Below are positions 17,202 to 26,411 of a stretch of DNA of 60,368 nucleotides, piece by piece. Position 1 is the first letter of the stretch. Each line of letters starts with the position of its first letter. The position numbers were made by a program, and so were the translations under genes. This DNA is from a virus. Taxonomy: Duplodnaviria > Caudoviricetes. The notes below the pieces were generated by a model that was not told the DNA's origin, did no database searches, and was given only the letters and a program-made list of their open reading frames with translations. The stretch lies in the IMG/VR virus record IMGVR_UViG_3300028840_001367, positions 1 through 60,368 of that record, one strand, 5' to 3'.

Positions 17202-19292
17202 ATGAGTCAGCAAGGTATTGAGCAATTCTCAGTTGAGCAGTTTGAGGCAGCGTTGACAGCAATGAGCACCAAAGGCAAGGTCTGGCAAGGGCCAGAGATT
17301 GTCAAGGGTGAGCTTGTGTACTTTGTACCAGTACTCAAGACCCCAATGAGGCTGGTCATACGCTCAAGCATTGACCCCAAGACCCAAGTTGCCAAGCCAG
17401 TTGGTGCTGACAGCCTCAAAGTCAGGGTACAGTACCAGAGCAATGGCAGTTGGCGTGAGTTTGGCAAGGTTCGCAAGCAGCACGTCACACGCCAGACTGG
17501 TTGGCAAGAGCGTCTCAAGACCCTGCTCAGAGAGACATACAAGCTGGCAGCAGCAAAGCACAATGAGCGTCTGACAGCCACACGCAACTTGGTTGCAGCA
17601 GCAGCACCAGCCACCACCAGCACACCAGCAGTTGAGGTGCCAGAGTGCCCCAAGTGTGGTGCCAAAATGGTGCTCAGAACAGCCAAGCGTGGCAAAAACG
17701 CTGGCAACAAGTTTTGGGGTTGCAGCAAGTACTTTGCCACCAAGTGCAATGGCTCACGCCAGTACCAACCAGAGTCAGAGACGCCAGCAGTGCCCACCAC
17801 CACCACGGTCAAGACTTTCAAGCCAACACCTCAGCAAGAGGCAATCTTTGACTTTATAGTCAATGGCACTGGCAATGCAGTCATTGAGGCTGTTGCTGGT
17901 GCTGGCAAGACCACCACGATTGTGCAAGCACTCAAGCTGCTGAGCAATGAGCTTGAGATTGCCTTTGTTTGTTTCAACGTCAAAATCAGAAAAGAGCTTG
18001 CCAGACGTGCACCAGCATACGTCTTTGTCTCAACTCTCAACAGCCTTGGCAATGGCAACGTCAAAGACGTTCTCAAGGGTGCAAGGTTCAACCAGTACAA
18101 GTTGCTTGACATCGTTGACGGTATTGCAGATGAGCAAGAGTCTGGTGAGGATTATGACCTTGTCAAGACGCTCAAGACTGCTGTGGTCAGACTGGTCAAC
18201 TTGGTCAAGGCCAATATGCTTGACGGTGTCTCACGCAACATGGTTGACCAGCTTGCTGACAAGTATGGGATCAACATTGAGGATGAGCACAAGCAAGCAG
18301 TCACCAGCCTCACTCAGCAAGTGCTGGCAGCGTCAATTGCAGACTCAAGCACCTATGACTACAGTGACCAGATATACTGGTCTGCAATGGGTACACACGG
18401 TGTGACGTGCAAGCAGTTTGACGTGGTCTTTGTGGATGAGGCACAAGACTTGAACAAAGCACAGATTGCAATGCTGCTCAAGACAGTCAAGAGCACTGGC
18501 AGAGTGATTGCTGTGGGTGACCGTTACCAGTCAATTTATGGTTTTAGAGGTGCAGACATTATGGCAATTCCCAACTTGATTGCTGCACTCAATGCCACAA
18601 CACTGCCTCTGAGCTTGACCTTTAGGTGCCCAAAGAGCCACGTGAGACTGGCACAAGAGTTGGTACCTCACATTGAGGCTCTGCCAACAGCACCAGAGGG
18701 TGTGCTTGAGTATGTCTCTGGTCACCAAGCACTGAGCATGTACAAGCCAGCAGACTTGGTGCTTTGTCGTTGCAATGCACCTTTGGTTGAGCCAGCTTTT
18801 GCACTCATACGACAAGGGATCAAGGCCATAATCCTTGGCAGAGACATTGGTCAGGGTCTCATTGCTCTGGTTGAAAAAGTCCAACGCAAGACTGGTGAGA
18901 AAAACTTTGACAAGCTGCTTGATGAGCTTGACGACTATGCCAGACAGCAGATTGCAAGGCTCAACCGACGCAAAAAGGCCAACCAAGCTCAAGTGCTTGA
19001 GGACAAGGTTGAGACCATCATGGCACTGGCAGAGGATTGCTTTGGCACCGTTGAGCTTTTTGCCAAGATTGAGGCAGTCTTTTCAGATGAGCAGCAAGGT
19101 GTTGTCTTTTCCAGTGTGCACAAGGCCAAAGGCTCTGAGGCAGAGAGAGTCTTTGTGCTCAAGCCAAACTTGCTGCCACACCCCAAGGCAACAAGTGATT
19201 GGCAGCTTGAGCAAGAGCGCAATGTCAAGTATGTTGCACTCACACGCTCAAAAGCTGAGTTATACATAGTCAATGACCCCAAGGCAGCATAG
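17202..19292 (+). CDS. UvrD/Rep SF1 helicase with N-terminal domain and topoisomerase-type C4 Zn ribbon
   Basis: CPKCG.KMVLR...FWGCSKY..C; AVAGAGKT, VDEAQD, VGDRYQSIYGFRGA, TFRCP, SVHKAKGSE, YVALTRSK. Confidence 0.92.
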   Translation: MSQQGIEQFSVEQFEAALTAMSTKGKVWQGPEIVKGELVYFVPVLKTPMRLVIRSSIDPKTQVAKPVGADSLKVRVQYQSNGSWREFGKVRKQHVTRQTGWQERLKTLLRETYKLAAAKHNERLTATRNLVAAAAPATTSTPAVEVPECPKCGAKMVLRTAKRGKNAGNKFWGCSKYFATKCNGSRQYQPESETPAVPTTTTVKTFKPTPQQEAIFDFIVNGTGNAVIEAVAGAGKTTTIVQALKLLSNELEIAFVCFNVKIRKELARRAPAYVFVSTLNSLGNGNVKDVLKGARFNQYKLLDIVDGIADEQESGEDYDLVKTLKTAVVRLVNLVKANMLDGVSRNMVDQLADKYGINIEDEHKQAVTSLTQQVLAASIADSSTYDYSDQIYWSAMGTHGVTCKQFDVVFVDEAQDLNKAQIAMLLKTVKSTGRVIAVGDRYQSIYGFRGADIMAIPNLIAALNATTLPLSLTFRCPKSHVRLAQELVPHIEALPTAPEGVLEYVSGHQALSMYKPADLVLCRCNAPLVEPAFALIRQGIKAIILGRDIGQGLIALVEKVQRKTGEKNFDKLLDELDDYARQQIARLNRRKKANQAQVLEDKVETIMALAEDCFGTVELFAKIEAVFSDEQQGVVFSSVHKAKGSEAERVFVLKPNLLPHPKATSDWQLEQERNVKYVALTRSKAELYIVNDPKAA

Positions 19293-19305
19293 ACTGCCAA
19301 AGCCA

Positions 19306-19336
19306 ACCAGGGTGAGCACACAAGACTCACCCTGGT
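19306..19336 (+). terminator. Hairpin family copy 3
   Basis: ACCAGGGTGAG/CTCACCCTGGT (compensatory change versus other copies). Confidence 0.55.
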
Positions 19337-19358
19337 CACACCCAAGAGAGGTGACAGA

Positions 19359-20015
19359 ATGGACACAGCAACAAGGGAATTGCTCAACACGATGGTGAGA
19401 GACCAAGCACTTGCATACACTGACTCTGGCATGAGCACTGAGCTTGCCAAGCTGCAAGCACTGCAAGACACTGCTGAGTTGCTTGGCAGACCAGCACTGG
19501 CACTGGCAAGAGAGTTGGCAGCAGCACCCACACTCACAGAGTTGTACCAAGACTTTGTGCAAGGTTTGCCAACTTGTGGTGGTGCAACAATCAATACCTC
19601 ACACCTCAAAGCCAGTGAGCCACCAGTACTGGTCAAGGTCACAGCAGAGTCACAACGCTTTGCAGACTTGATTGGTGTTGAGAAAGGTGCTGTCATTGGC
19701 ATGGCACATGAGTTGCCACCAGAGAGCACTGGCAAAGCACCCAAGTCAGGCACGGTCTCACGCTTGGTGTACAACTGGCTCAAGCTCTTGCCCAAAGGCC
19801 AAAGCACAAGCAAGACTTTTACCACAGAGGATGCCATGCGCAAGGTGCAACGCTCTGTCTCTGGCGTGGTGAGGCACAACCTTGATTGGGGATATACTGA
19901 CCGTGAGCACCCTGTGTACTTTACAGAGGCAAAGACACTACTGACACCAGTGCTTGGCAAGGATGGCATAGCAGACCAGCCAACTGGATACAAGCTCACG
20001 GTCAAGAGGCTCTGA
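19359..20015 (+). CDS. Hypothetical protein
   Basis: RBS GAGGTG; 218 aa. Confidence 0.75.
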   Translation: MDTATRELLNTMVRDQALAYTDSGMSTELAKLQALQDTAELLGRPALALARELAAAPTLTELYQDFVQGLPTCGGATINTSHLKASEPPVLVKVTAESQRFADLIGVEKGAVIGMAHELPPESTGKAPKSGTVSRLVYNWLKLLPKGQSTSKTFTTEDAMRKVQRSVSGVVRHNLDWGYTDREHPVYFTEAKTLLTPVLGKDGIADQPTGYKLTVKRL

Positions 20016-20122
20016 GAAAAGGTTGAGACCAGCCACGCTTGCCCAGAGCGTATTGGCTGGTCTCATTGGGGAGAGTATACCGTACACAGACAGTATACCA
20101 CAACAAGAAAGGACACACAACC

Positions 20123-20788
20123 ATGACAGATATATACAGTACTGGTCACCTCACACAAAGCCACGCACTTGACATGCTGAGAGGTATGCTCAAGTTGCTG
20201 CTCAAGGCACGCTCAAGCATGAGAGAGGGTGCCATTGACCCCAACGTGCTTGAGGACTTGTACCCTTGGCTCTTTGGTGACAAGTGCGTGCTGCCAGCAC
20301 TCTCTGGTGTCATTGACAGAGCAGAGCAGTCAGGCACCCTGTCACCAATGGACTTTTTCAACCAGATGACAGTGCTATACCGTTTTATGCCAACCTTGGT
20401 GGCGGTTGCGCCAATCACCCTTGGCTCAAAGCTGCTGCCAGCAGAGCCACCAGACCACATGGTGTACTTGCGTGGTTGGGCACCAGAGCCTCTTGCTGCT
20501 GGTATGCAAGTGATCTATGTGCCCAACCATGCCAATGGTAGCACTTGGCACATTGACTGTGAGCGTGGCTTTGTCACCAGTCTCAACCAGGATGGTGCCC
20601 ATGCCTTTGTACGGTACTGGTCCAAGAGCAACCCTGGTACCTTGCGCACCAGAGCCAACAGTGAGTGCACACCCATTGCCAACTTGGTCATAAAGGACAC
20701 AGTTGACCAAGCTCTGGTTGACCAGTGCCTTGCCAACATTGACCAGGGACTTGACCCACACCACACAGAGGAGAGCAATCATGACTGA
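20123..20788 (+). CDS. Hypothetical protein
   Basis: RBS AAGGA; ATG at 20123. Confidence 0.75.
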   Translation: MTDIYSTGHLTQSHALDMLRGMLKLLLKARSSMREGAIDPNVLEDLYPWLFGDKCVLPALSGVIDRAEQSGTLSPMDFFNQMTVLYRFMPTLVAVAPITLGSKLLPAEPPDHMVYLRGWAPEPLAAGMQVIYVPNHANGSTWHIDCERGFVTSLNQDGAHAFVRYWSKSNPGTLRTRANSECTPIANLVIKDTVDQALVDQCLANIDQGLDPHHTEESNHD

Positions 20789-23543
20789 GCAAGACAGACT
20801 CAATGACTTTGTGACCCATTTTGAGAGCGTGCTTGAGTGTCCACACTGCCATGACCGTGGTACCAAGCTGCCAGTGAGTGAGACTTTTGAGGATAACACC
20901 AAAGAGACTGTCTTACAGTGCCAGAGGTGCAACTTTTGTGGCATTGAGAGTCAGTACAAAACCAGACTCAAGATCACTTGCCCAAGCTGTGAGGCAACTG
21001 TGCTTGACTATCTGGCAGACCGTCACCAGCAACCATTGCTGGCAACAGCACTTGAGGGTGCACTTGAGACCCTCTCTGCAATCCATGAGATTCTTGAGCC
21101 TTTTGACGGTCACAACTATGGTGACAACTTGGTTGACAGGGTCAGAGCAGTTGTCTCTTGCCTTGACAGAGCCAAGACCACCATGCAAAAGACCCATGCT
21201 GCCTTTTCTGGCACTGTTGACCCAACCTTGAGCTTGCCTGACAAAGCTGCCAAGACCAAGAGCATACTTGACGGTCTGGCAGCAACTCTGCAAGCAGTCA
21301 ACAATGGGTACCTCAACCGTGGTGAGCGTCTCAGCACCATCATGCGATTGCTCAATGAGCAGACTGGCATACCTATGCAAGCAACAGAGCCAGACAGGGT
21401 GCAACTCTTGATTGACCAGTACAGACGCACTGAGACAGACTATTGCACTGCCATGGACACAATTGACCAGATTGCAGACAGTCTGCCAGCTTGGGACACT
21501 GCCAAGCCTCAGACCGTGCAAAAGTTGGTGGCAGAGCTTGTGGCAGAGCAAGAGAGACTGCAAGCAACGGTCAATGTTAGGACAGACCAAGTCAGCAACC
21601 AAGCAACAGCAGTCAGAGAGTACAGAGACGCTCTTGAGTCAGCAAGCACTGCACTGGCAGACTGTGACATATACCCTGACACCATTGCTGCTGGCATATA
21701 CATGCTCAAGGCAGAGCGTGAGGCAGCAAGGCAACTTGTACACAAGCACCAGTCTGGCTCTGACACACAGTTGCTCAGAGACTCACTTGAGGCAACAGAG
21801 TCAGAGGTGTCAGACCTTGAGCAGAGGCTTGACGTGTTGGCTCACATGCTCAGAGACGCTGGCACCATGACTGATTGCCTTGACATGACTGGTGCACTGC
21901 AAGCACTGGTCAATGAGAGAGACGCTCTGAGGCAGCAGCTTGAGCAGACCAAGGCAGACTTGAGCGTCAAAGAGTACCTCAAGCCACACCATGAGGTGCT
22001 TGACCGAGTTGCACCAGCACCAAAAGGCAAAGGCTTGCTTGACCGTCTGGTTGACCTTGAGGGTGCTTGGCTTGCCATACAACGTGAGATTGACACACTC
22101 AAGGCAGAGCGTGACTGTGCAAAGGATGACAGACAGCGTCTCAATGAGCAACTCAGAGCAGTGCACGGTGCTGTCAACATTGCTGGCATTGGTGCTGGTC
22201 TGTGGTCTGCTGAGAGACGTGTTGAGTTGCTCAGTCAGCAGCACAAGAGCCTCAAAGACACTCTTGCTGCTGAGCGTGCTGAGATACAAGAGGCACACCA
22301 AGTGCTTGAGCACTATGCTGGCATTGAGGGTACTGGCACACTGGCAACCAAGATCACAGCTTTTGCAGACACGCCAGTCTTGCACAAGCTCAGAGAGACA
22401 GAGCAGCAGCTTGCTGAGTACAGAGGCTTGCTTGATGAGTGCCACCAGATCATTGACCCTCACGTGACTGAGACTGGCAGCAGCTTGCCAGCAAAGATCA
22501 CTCAAGTGTGTGGTGGTCTCACAACCCTTGAGAGAGCAGTTGCCAGAGCCAAAGAGGTACTCACTGAGGCAGACACAACTGGTGATATATCCCTTGTTGG
22601 TCTGGCAATAGGTGCTGCCAATGAGATTGGGAGTTTGCGCAACACCTCAGACATTGCTTGCACTTTCATGCATGACTGTCACACTCTGCTTGACGGTGCA
22701 CTTGGCAAGCAAGCACAAGGTGTGCCTCAACTCAACATCACAGAGAGAGTCAAGATTGTGTGTGAGTGCTTGCAGACTGAGCAAGAGCAGCTTGCAAGAG
22801 TGAGCAAGGCCATTGGTCACAAGCAAGGTGTGCCACTACTCATGGCAGTCAGAGGCTTGGTTGACCAGTACCATTATCTGACTGAGAGTGTTGAGCGTGC
22901 ACACAAGCTGCTCAACACTGCTGGCATTGCTGGCTCTGACCAGTCAGACATTACCCTTGACCATCGTGTTGAGTTGCTTGTCAACTCAAGAGACCAGCAG
23001 CGTGAGTACTGGCAGCGTGAGTCAGCAAGGGTCAAAGAGTTGCTCAATGAGCAGACTGACTTGCAGCGTGAGGTACTCAACCTTGCTGAGCGTATAGACT
23101 GCCAAGGTGAGACCATCTTGAGGCTTGAGGCAATCCAGAGCTTGGTGAGCATGTACGGTGCTGCTGTGGTTGCTGGCAATGACACTGGCAGATTGCTCAA
23201 TGACATACTGACCATGATCTTTGCCCACCACCAGCACTTGAGCACAACTGGTCAGATCACAAGCTATTGCAGCAAGGTGCTGGCAGAGTACCGTGAGGCT
23301 CACGGTCTGACCAAGATTGACGCTCTGCTTGGCAATGAGCCTCTTGTGAGAGACAGAGACGGTCAACCCTGGTGTGGTCAACTGGCAGACAAGTGCAGAG
23401 GGTGCAACCCACCAGAGGTGCCAATCTGTGTGCACTGTCCAGAGCCAGAGCCAGAGAGGTGCACCAAGATCTGTGACCCTGGTGAGGGTATGCACTGCAA
23501 CCCACCAGCAGACGATCCAGAGCCAGACCAGCAGAGAGAGTGA
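20781..23543 (+). CDS. Large segmented coiled-coil protein with N-terminal Zn ribbons and Cys-rich C-terminus
   Basis: 920 aa; recurring H..L(D)..G...L..R/K(V/I)..L units between heptad stretches. Confidence 0.85.
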   Translation: MTEQDRLNDFVTHFESVLECPHCHDRGTKLPVSETFEDNTKETVLQCQRCNFCGIESQYKTRLKITCPSCEATVLDYLADRHQQPLLATALEGALETLSAIHEILEPFDGHNYGDNLVDRVRAVVSCLDRAKTTMQKTHAAFSGTVDPTLSLPDKAAKTKSILDGLAATLQAVNNGYLNRGERLSTIMRLLNEQTGIPMQATEPDRVQLLIDQYRRTETDYCTAMDTIDQIADSLPAWDTAKPQTVQKLVAELVAEQERLQATVNVRTDQVSNQATAVREYRDALESASTALADCDIYPDTIAAGIYMLKAEREAARQLVHKHQSGSDTQLLRDSLEATESEVSDLEQRLDVLAHMLRDAGTMTDCLDMTGALQALVNERDALRQQLEQTKADLSVKEYLKPHHEVLDRVAPAPKGKGLLDRLVDLEGAWLAIQREIDTLKAERDCAKDDRQRLNEQLRAVHGAVNIAGIGAGLWSAERRVELLSQQHKSLKDTLAAERAEIQEAHQVLEHYAGIEGTGTLATKITAFADTPVLHKLRETEQQLAEYRGLLDECHQIIDPHVTETGSSLPAKITQVCGGLTTLERAVARAKEVLTEADTTGDISLVGLAIGAANEIGSLRNTSDIACTFMHDCHTLLDGALGKQAQGVPQLNITERVKIVCECLQTEQEQLARVSKAIGHKQGVPLLMAVRGLVDQYHYLTESVERAHKLLNTAGIAGSDQSDITLDHRVELLVNSRDQQREYWQRESARVKELLNEQTDLQREVLNLAERIDCQGETILRLEAIQSLVSMYGAAVVAGNDTGRLLNDILTMIFAHHQHLSTTGQITSYCSKVLAEYREAHGLTKIDALLGNEPLVRDRDGQPWCGQLADKCRGCNPPEVPICVHCPEPEPERCTKICDPGEGMHCNPPADDPEPDQQRE

Positions 23544-23546
23544 CCC

Positions 23547-23819
23547 ATGCTGAGCAGACTTGGTACCCTCAGAGGCTCAACGCGCTTTGAGTCTGCTGAC
23601 TGGTCTGGTGGCAACGTTCGCAACCCTAACACGTGCAGAGTGCACGGTTGTGACAACGTGCTGCACGATCCAAGAGCACAATGCTGCAATGAGCACAAGT
23701 ACCTCTGGCGTGCAGTGCAATACAAGGTCAAAAAGTTGCTCAAGCACAAGCGCAAGAGGCACACAGAGGTACTGGTTGCACTGGTGGTGGTCACCTTGAC
23801 ACAGCAGAGTGAGCTATGA
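23547..23819 (+). CDS. Small Cys/His basic protein
   Basis: CRVHGC...CCNEH. Confidence 0.55.
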   Translation: MLSRLGTLRGSTRFESADWSGGNVRNPNTCRVHGCDNVLHDPRAQCCNEHKYLWRAVQYKVKKLLKHKRKRHTEVLVALVVVTLTQQSEL

Positions 23820-24037
23820 TATACTGTTGGTGACCAGCCAAGCCATTGTTGCACCCCTAGAGGCAGCACCCTCACACCCCCACAACGTGAGGGTGCTTGC
23901 TTTTGTGGTCAAGGGTATGGTATACTGGTGGCATAATTCAGTGTGCAAGAGACAAGGCAGCAAGTCACCTATGGGTGCCGGGGTGCCTTGTTTCACGTCT
24001 GGCAGCTTGAGCACACCACGCTGGTTGCTCTTGGCAG

Positions 24038-24072
24038 AGAAAAGCACCCAATCTGGCATGATGCCTCACAGA
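24038..24072 (+). repeat. Dispersed repeat R, copy 2
   Basis: AGAAAAGCACCCAATCTGGCATGATGCCTCACAGA. Confidence 0.95.
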
Positions 24073-24143
24073 GTCAACCCAACTCAACACCTCTCAAGCC
24101 TCTCACGGTCACCCTCTGCAATGTTAAAATTTACGCCTACAGT

Positions 24144-24194
24144 TTGACAATCTGCTGTCAAATGCTTGACACAAGTTGGCTCTTGCGCTATAAT
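24144..24194 (+). promoter_or_regulatory. Operator palindrome (24144-24161) plus consensus sigma70 promoter (24166-24194)
   Basis: TTGACA-atctgc-TGTCAA then TTGACA-17-TATAAT. Confidence 0.88.
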
Positions 24195-24257
24195 GGACTT
24201 GCAAGTGAGTTGAGCCACCAACCCAAGAGTCAGCAAGACCACAGAGGAGTCAGACAA

Positions 24258-24689
24258 ATGCACGACATTGAGACAGTACAGCAGCTTATGCAGAGGCACC
24301 CTGACAAGCTCATTGCCAAGGCCAAGCAGTGTGACGTATATGTCACCACACACTTTGGCGTCTTTGAGGTTGTCTCACCCACCATTGACCGTGACACTGG
24401 TGAGCGTACCAAGTACTATGTGAGGCAGTACACCACAGGCAGTGAGAAAGTCTCACACTGGCGGTGTGGGTGCAAGTGGTGCTCATATCATCCCACCAAG
24501 ACCTGTGCACACAAGCTGGCAGTGCAACTCTGGCTTGCTGAGGCTGGCAACCAGTACATGTCTGCTTGGGCTGGCAAAGAGGATGCCAAGAGGCAGCACA
24601 GACGCACAGTCAGGTCAGATGATGTATACCTGACCTATCGCAACAGACCAGAGCCAGCACCAGTCAGCAACCCAATTGCAGCAGACTGA
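24258..24689 (+). CDS. SWIM zinc-finger protein
   Basis: WRCGCKW......CAHKLAV (CxC-xn-CxH); RBS GAGGAG. Confidence 0.8.
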   Translation: MHDIETVQQLMQRHPDKLIAKAKQCDVYVTTHFGVFEVVSPTIDRDTGERTKYYVRQYTTGSEKVSHWRCGCKWCSYHPTKTCAHKLAVQLWLAEAGNQYMSAWAGKEDAKRQHRRTVRSDDVYLTYRNRPEPAPVSNPIAAD

Positions 24690-24697
24690 GAGGCTCA

Positions 24698-24736
24698 AGG
24701 GTGACCTTGGCTCAAGGGTCAGGGTCACCCTCTTTT
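24698..24736 (+). terminator. Hairpin family copy 4
   Basis: AGGGTGACC...GGTCACCCT-CTTTT. Confidence 0.7.
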
Positions 24737-24749
24737 GGGTCTCAGGGTG

Positions 24750-24802
24750 TTGACAATTGGTTGTCAAAAAGGCTTGACAGCAGTTGTCACTTGTGCTATA
24801 AT
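24750..24802 (+). promoter_or_regulatory. Operator palindrome (24750-24767) plus consensus sigma70 promoter (24774-24802)
   Basis: TTGACA-attggt-TGTCAA then TTGACA-17-TATAAT. Confidence 0.88.
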
Positions 24803-24860
24803 ACTTGTGCAGCACCCAAACGAGTCAAGCGCAAAAGCGCAATCAGAGAGGAGTCATACA

Positions 24861-25499
24861 ATGACCAGCAACCAGCAGACAGCACAACTCAGTGAGATTA
24901 TTGAGGCACTTGAGCGTGCTTGGCAGACCATCCAGTATGTGCACCCTGACACCAGAGACGCTGTCTTGTGTGTGTACCAGCACCACAAAGGTGACAGACG
25001 TGGTCACTATGCCAGCAACTCTTGGACAGAGAGACGTGAGGGTGACCAAGAGGCAAGGCTTGATGAGGTATACATTAGCTCACACATCTTGGCAGAGGGT
25101 GCACGGTCAGTGCTTGAGACGCTCTTGCATGAGGCAGTGCACAGCATTGCAGACACCAAGCAGATCAAAGACACCTCAAGGCAAGGACGCTGGCACAACA
25201 AACGCTTTGAGGCTCTTGCCAAGACAGTTGGTCTGACAGTTGTGTCTGACAAGTCCATTGGGTGCCGTACACCAGACATCACCAGTGAGACTGCTGAGGA
25301 GTATGCAGACTTGCTGGCAGACCTTGAGCCAGTGCTGAGACTGTACCAGCCAGTTGCCAGCAGGGTGAGCAAGCCAAGAGCCAAGCCAGTCAAGCTGGTG
25401 TGCTCTGGTTGTGGTGCCAAGCTCAGTGTGAGCCAAAAAGTGTATGAGGCAGCAAGCCTTGTGTGCAATGAGTGCTCAGAGCCTTTTGAGGCAATCTGA
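24861..25499 (+). CDS. SprT-like zinc metalloprotease
   Basis: TLLHEAVH, GRWHNKRF, C-terminal CxxC...CxxC. Confidence 0.85.
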   Translation: MTSNQQTAQLSEIIEALERAWQTIQYVHPDTRDAVLCVYQHHKGDRRGHYASNSWTERREGDQEARLDEVYISSHILAEGARSVLETLLHEAVHSIADTKQIKDTSRQGRWHNKRFEALAKTVGLTVVSDKSIGCRTPDITSETAEEYADLLADLEPVLRLYQPVASRVSKPRAKPVKLVCSGCGAKLSVSQKVYEAASLVCNECSEPFEAI

Positions 25500-25507
25500 G
25501 TGAGCCA

Positions 25508-25538
25508 AGAGGGTGACTCTCAACCAGGGTCACCCTCT
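25508..25538 (+). terminator. Hairpin family copy 5
   Basis: AGAGGGTGACTCT/AGGGTCACCCTCT. Confidence 0.6.
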
Positions 25539-25564
25539 CAACTTTTGACAGTGAGGTGTCAATT

Positions 25565-26089
25565 ATGAGAGAGCAGAGGTGTACTGGTCATTGGGTTGAG
25601 ACCAGTGCTGGCAGAGAGTTTGACTGTGACATGGATGATGGCAGAGTGTGTGAGGTGTGTGAGTTTGGCCCTTTTGCCAAGCTCAACAGTGACCAACTCA
25701 AGGTGTCAGCTTTTCGGGACATGGTCAAGGCTTTGTGGCGTCATGTTGGCGTGGTTGACTGTGTCCGTTTTGTGGGTCAAGAGCTTTTTGAGCTTGACAG
25801 TCTGCTCATGAGGCTTGGGTACCAGGGTGACCAGTACTCACGCAACAGCCAAGACCCTGGTGACCTTGAGGCAGCAATGAGGCTTGAGCTTGGACAGTTG
25901 TACATGATGGTGCTCAGCTTGGGCACTGTGCTTGAGTGCAACTTGAGTGACTGTCTGGCAGAGGCTCTTGAGCACCAAGAGAGCAAGTGCCTTGACAAGC
26001 TCATTGAGGCAGTACACCAGGGTGAGACACTCAGCAGTGAGCAGATTGAGTTGCTTGAGGTGCTGAGGCAGAGGCTCTTGCAGCGTTAG
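25565..26089 (+). CDS. MazG/NTP-pyrophosphatase-like helical protein with N-terminal Cys motif
   Basis: QELFEL...RLELGQLYMMVLSLGTVLECNL pattern; divergent. Confidence 0.45.
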   Translation: MREQRCTGHWVETSAGREFDCDMDDGRVCEVCEFGPFAKLNSDQLKVSAFRDMVKALWRHVGVVDCVRFVGQELFELDSLLMRLGYQGDQYSRNSQDPGDLEAAMRLELGQLYMMVLSLGTVLECNLSDCLAEALEHQESKCLDKLIEAVHQGETLSSEQIELLEVLRQRLLQR

Positions 26090-26117
26090 TGTACTAGCGT
26101 CTCACTGAGAGACACAG

Positions 26118-26151
26118 AGAGCACCAGCAGAGTTGAGATTGCTGGTGCTCT
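26118..26151. terminator. Bidirectional terminator at the convergence of the two arms
   Basis: 12-bp perfect stem AGAGCACCAGCA/TGCTGGTGCTCT. Confidence 0.75.
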
Positions 26152-26174
26152 TGATGTTTTCTGCACTGTGGTGC

Positions 26175-26411
26175 TCAGAGAGGCACTGAGTCACCCTTTG
26201 TTGAGTCAAGCAGCACGGTGCTTTTAATGAACGTCATGACCCACTTGAGAGGCACACCATTCTCACCAGTCTCACTCACATACGTGCCTCTGTGCTGGTA
26301 CCCATGCTGCTGGTATGCCACAATGTGAGTTGTTTGCTCCTCAATCGTGGTGATTGTGACATGTCTGGTGGTCACCTCAAGCTTGTATGCTCTCTCAAGA
26401 GACGCACTCAT
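26175..26411 (-). CDS. Hypothetical protein
   Basis: ATGA overlap with upstream gene; RBS GAGG. Confidence 0.65.
   Translation of the reverse strand: MSASLERAYKLEVTTRHVTITTIEEQTTHIVAYQQHGYQHRGTYVSETGENGVPLKWVMTFIKSTVLLDSTKGDSVPL

Noticed and set aside
23809-24147. ORF 23809-24147 and the upstream extension of the SWIM ORF from 23943
   Set aside because: They run through repeat R, the operator or the promoter and lack a good RBS; the SWIM start at 24258 is better.
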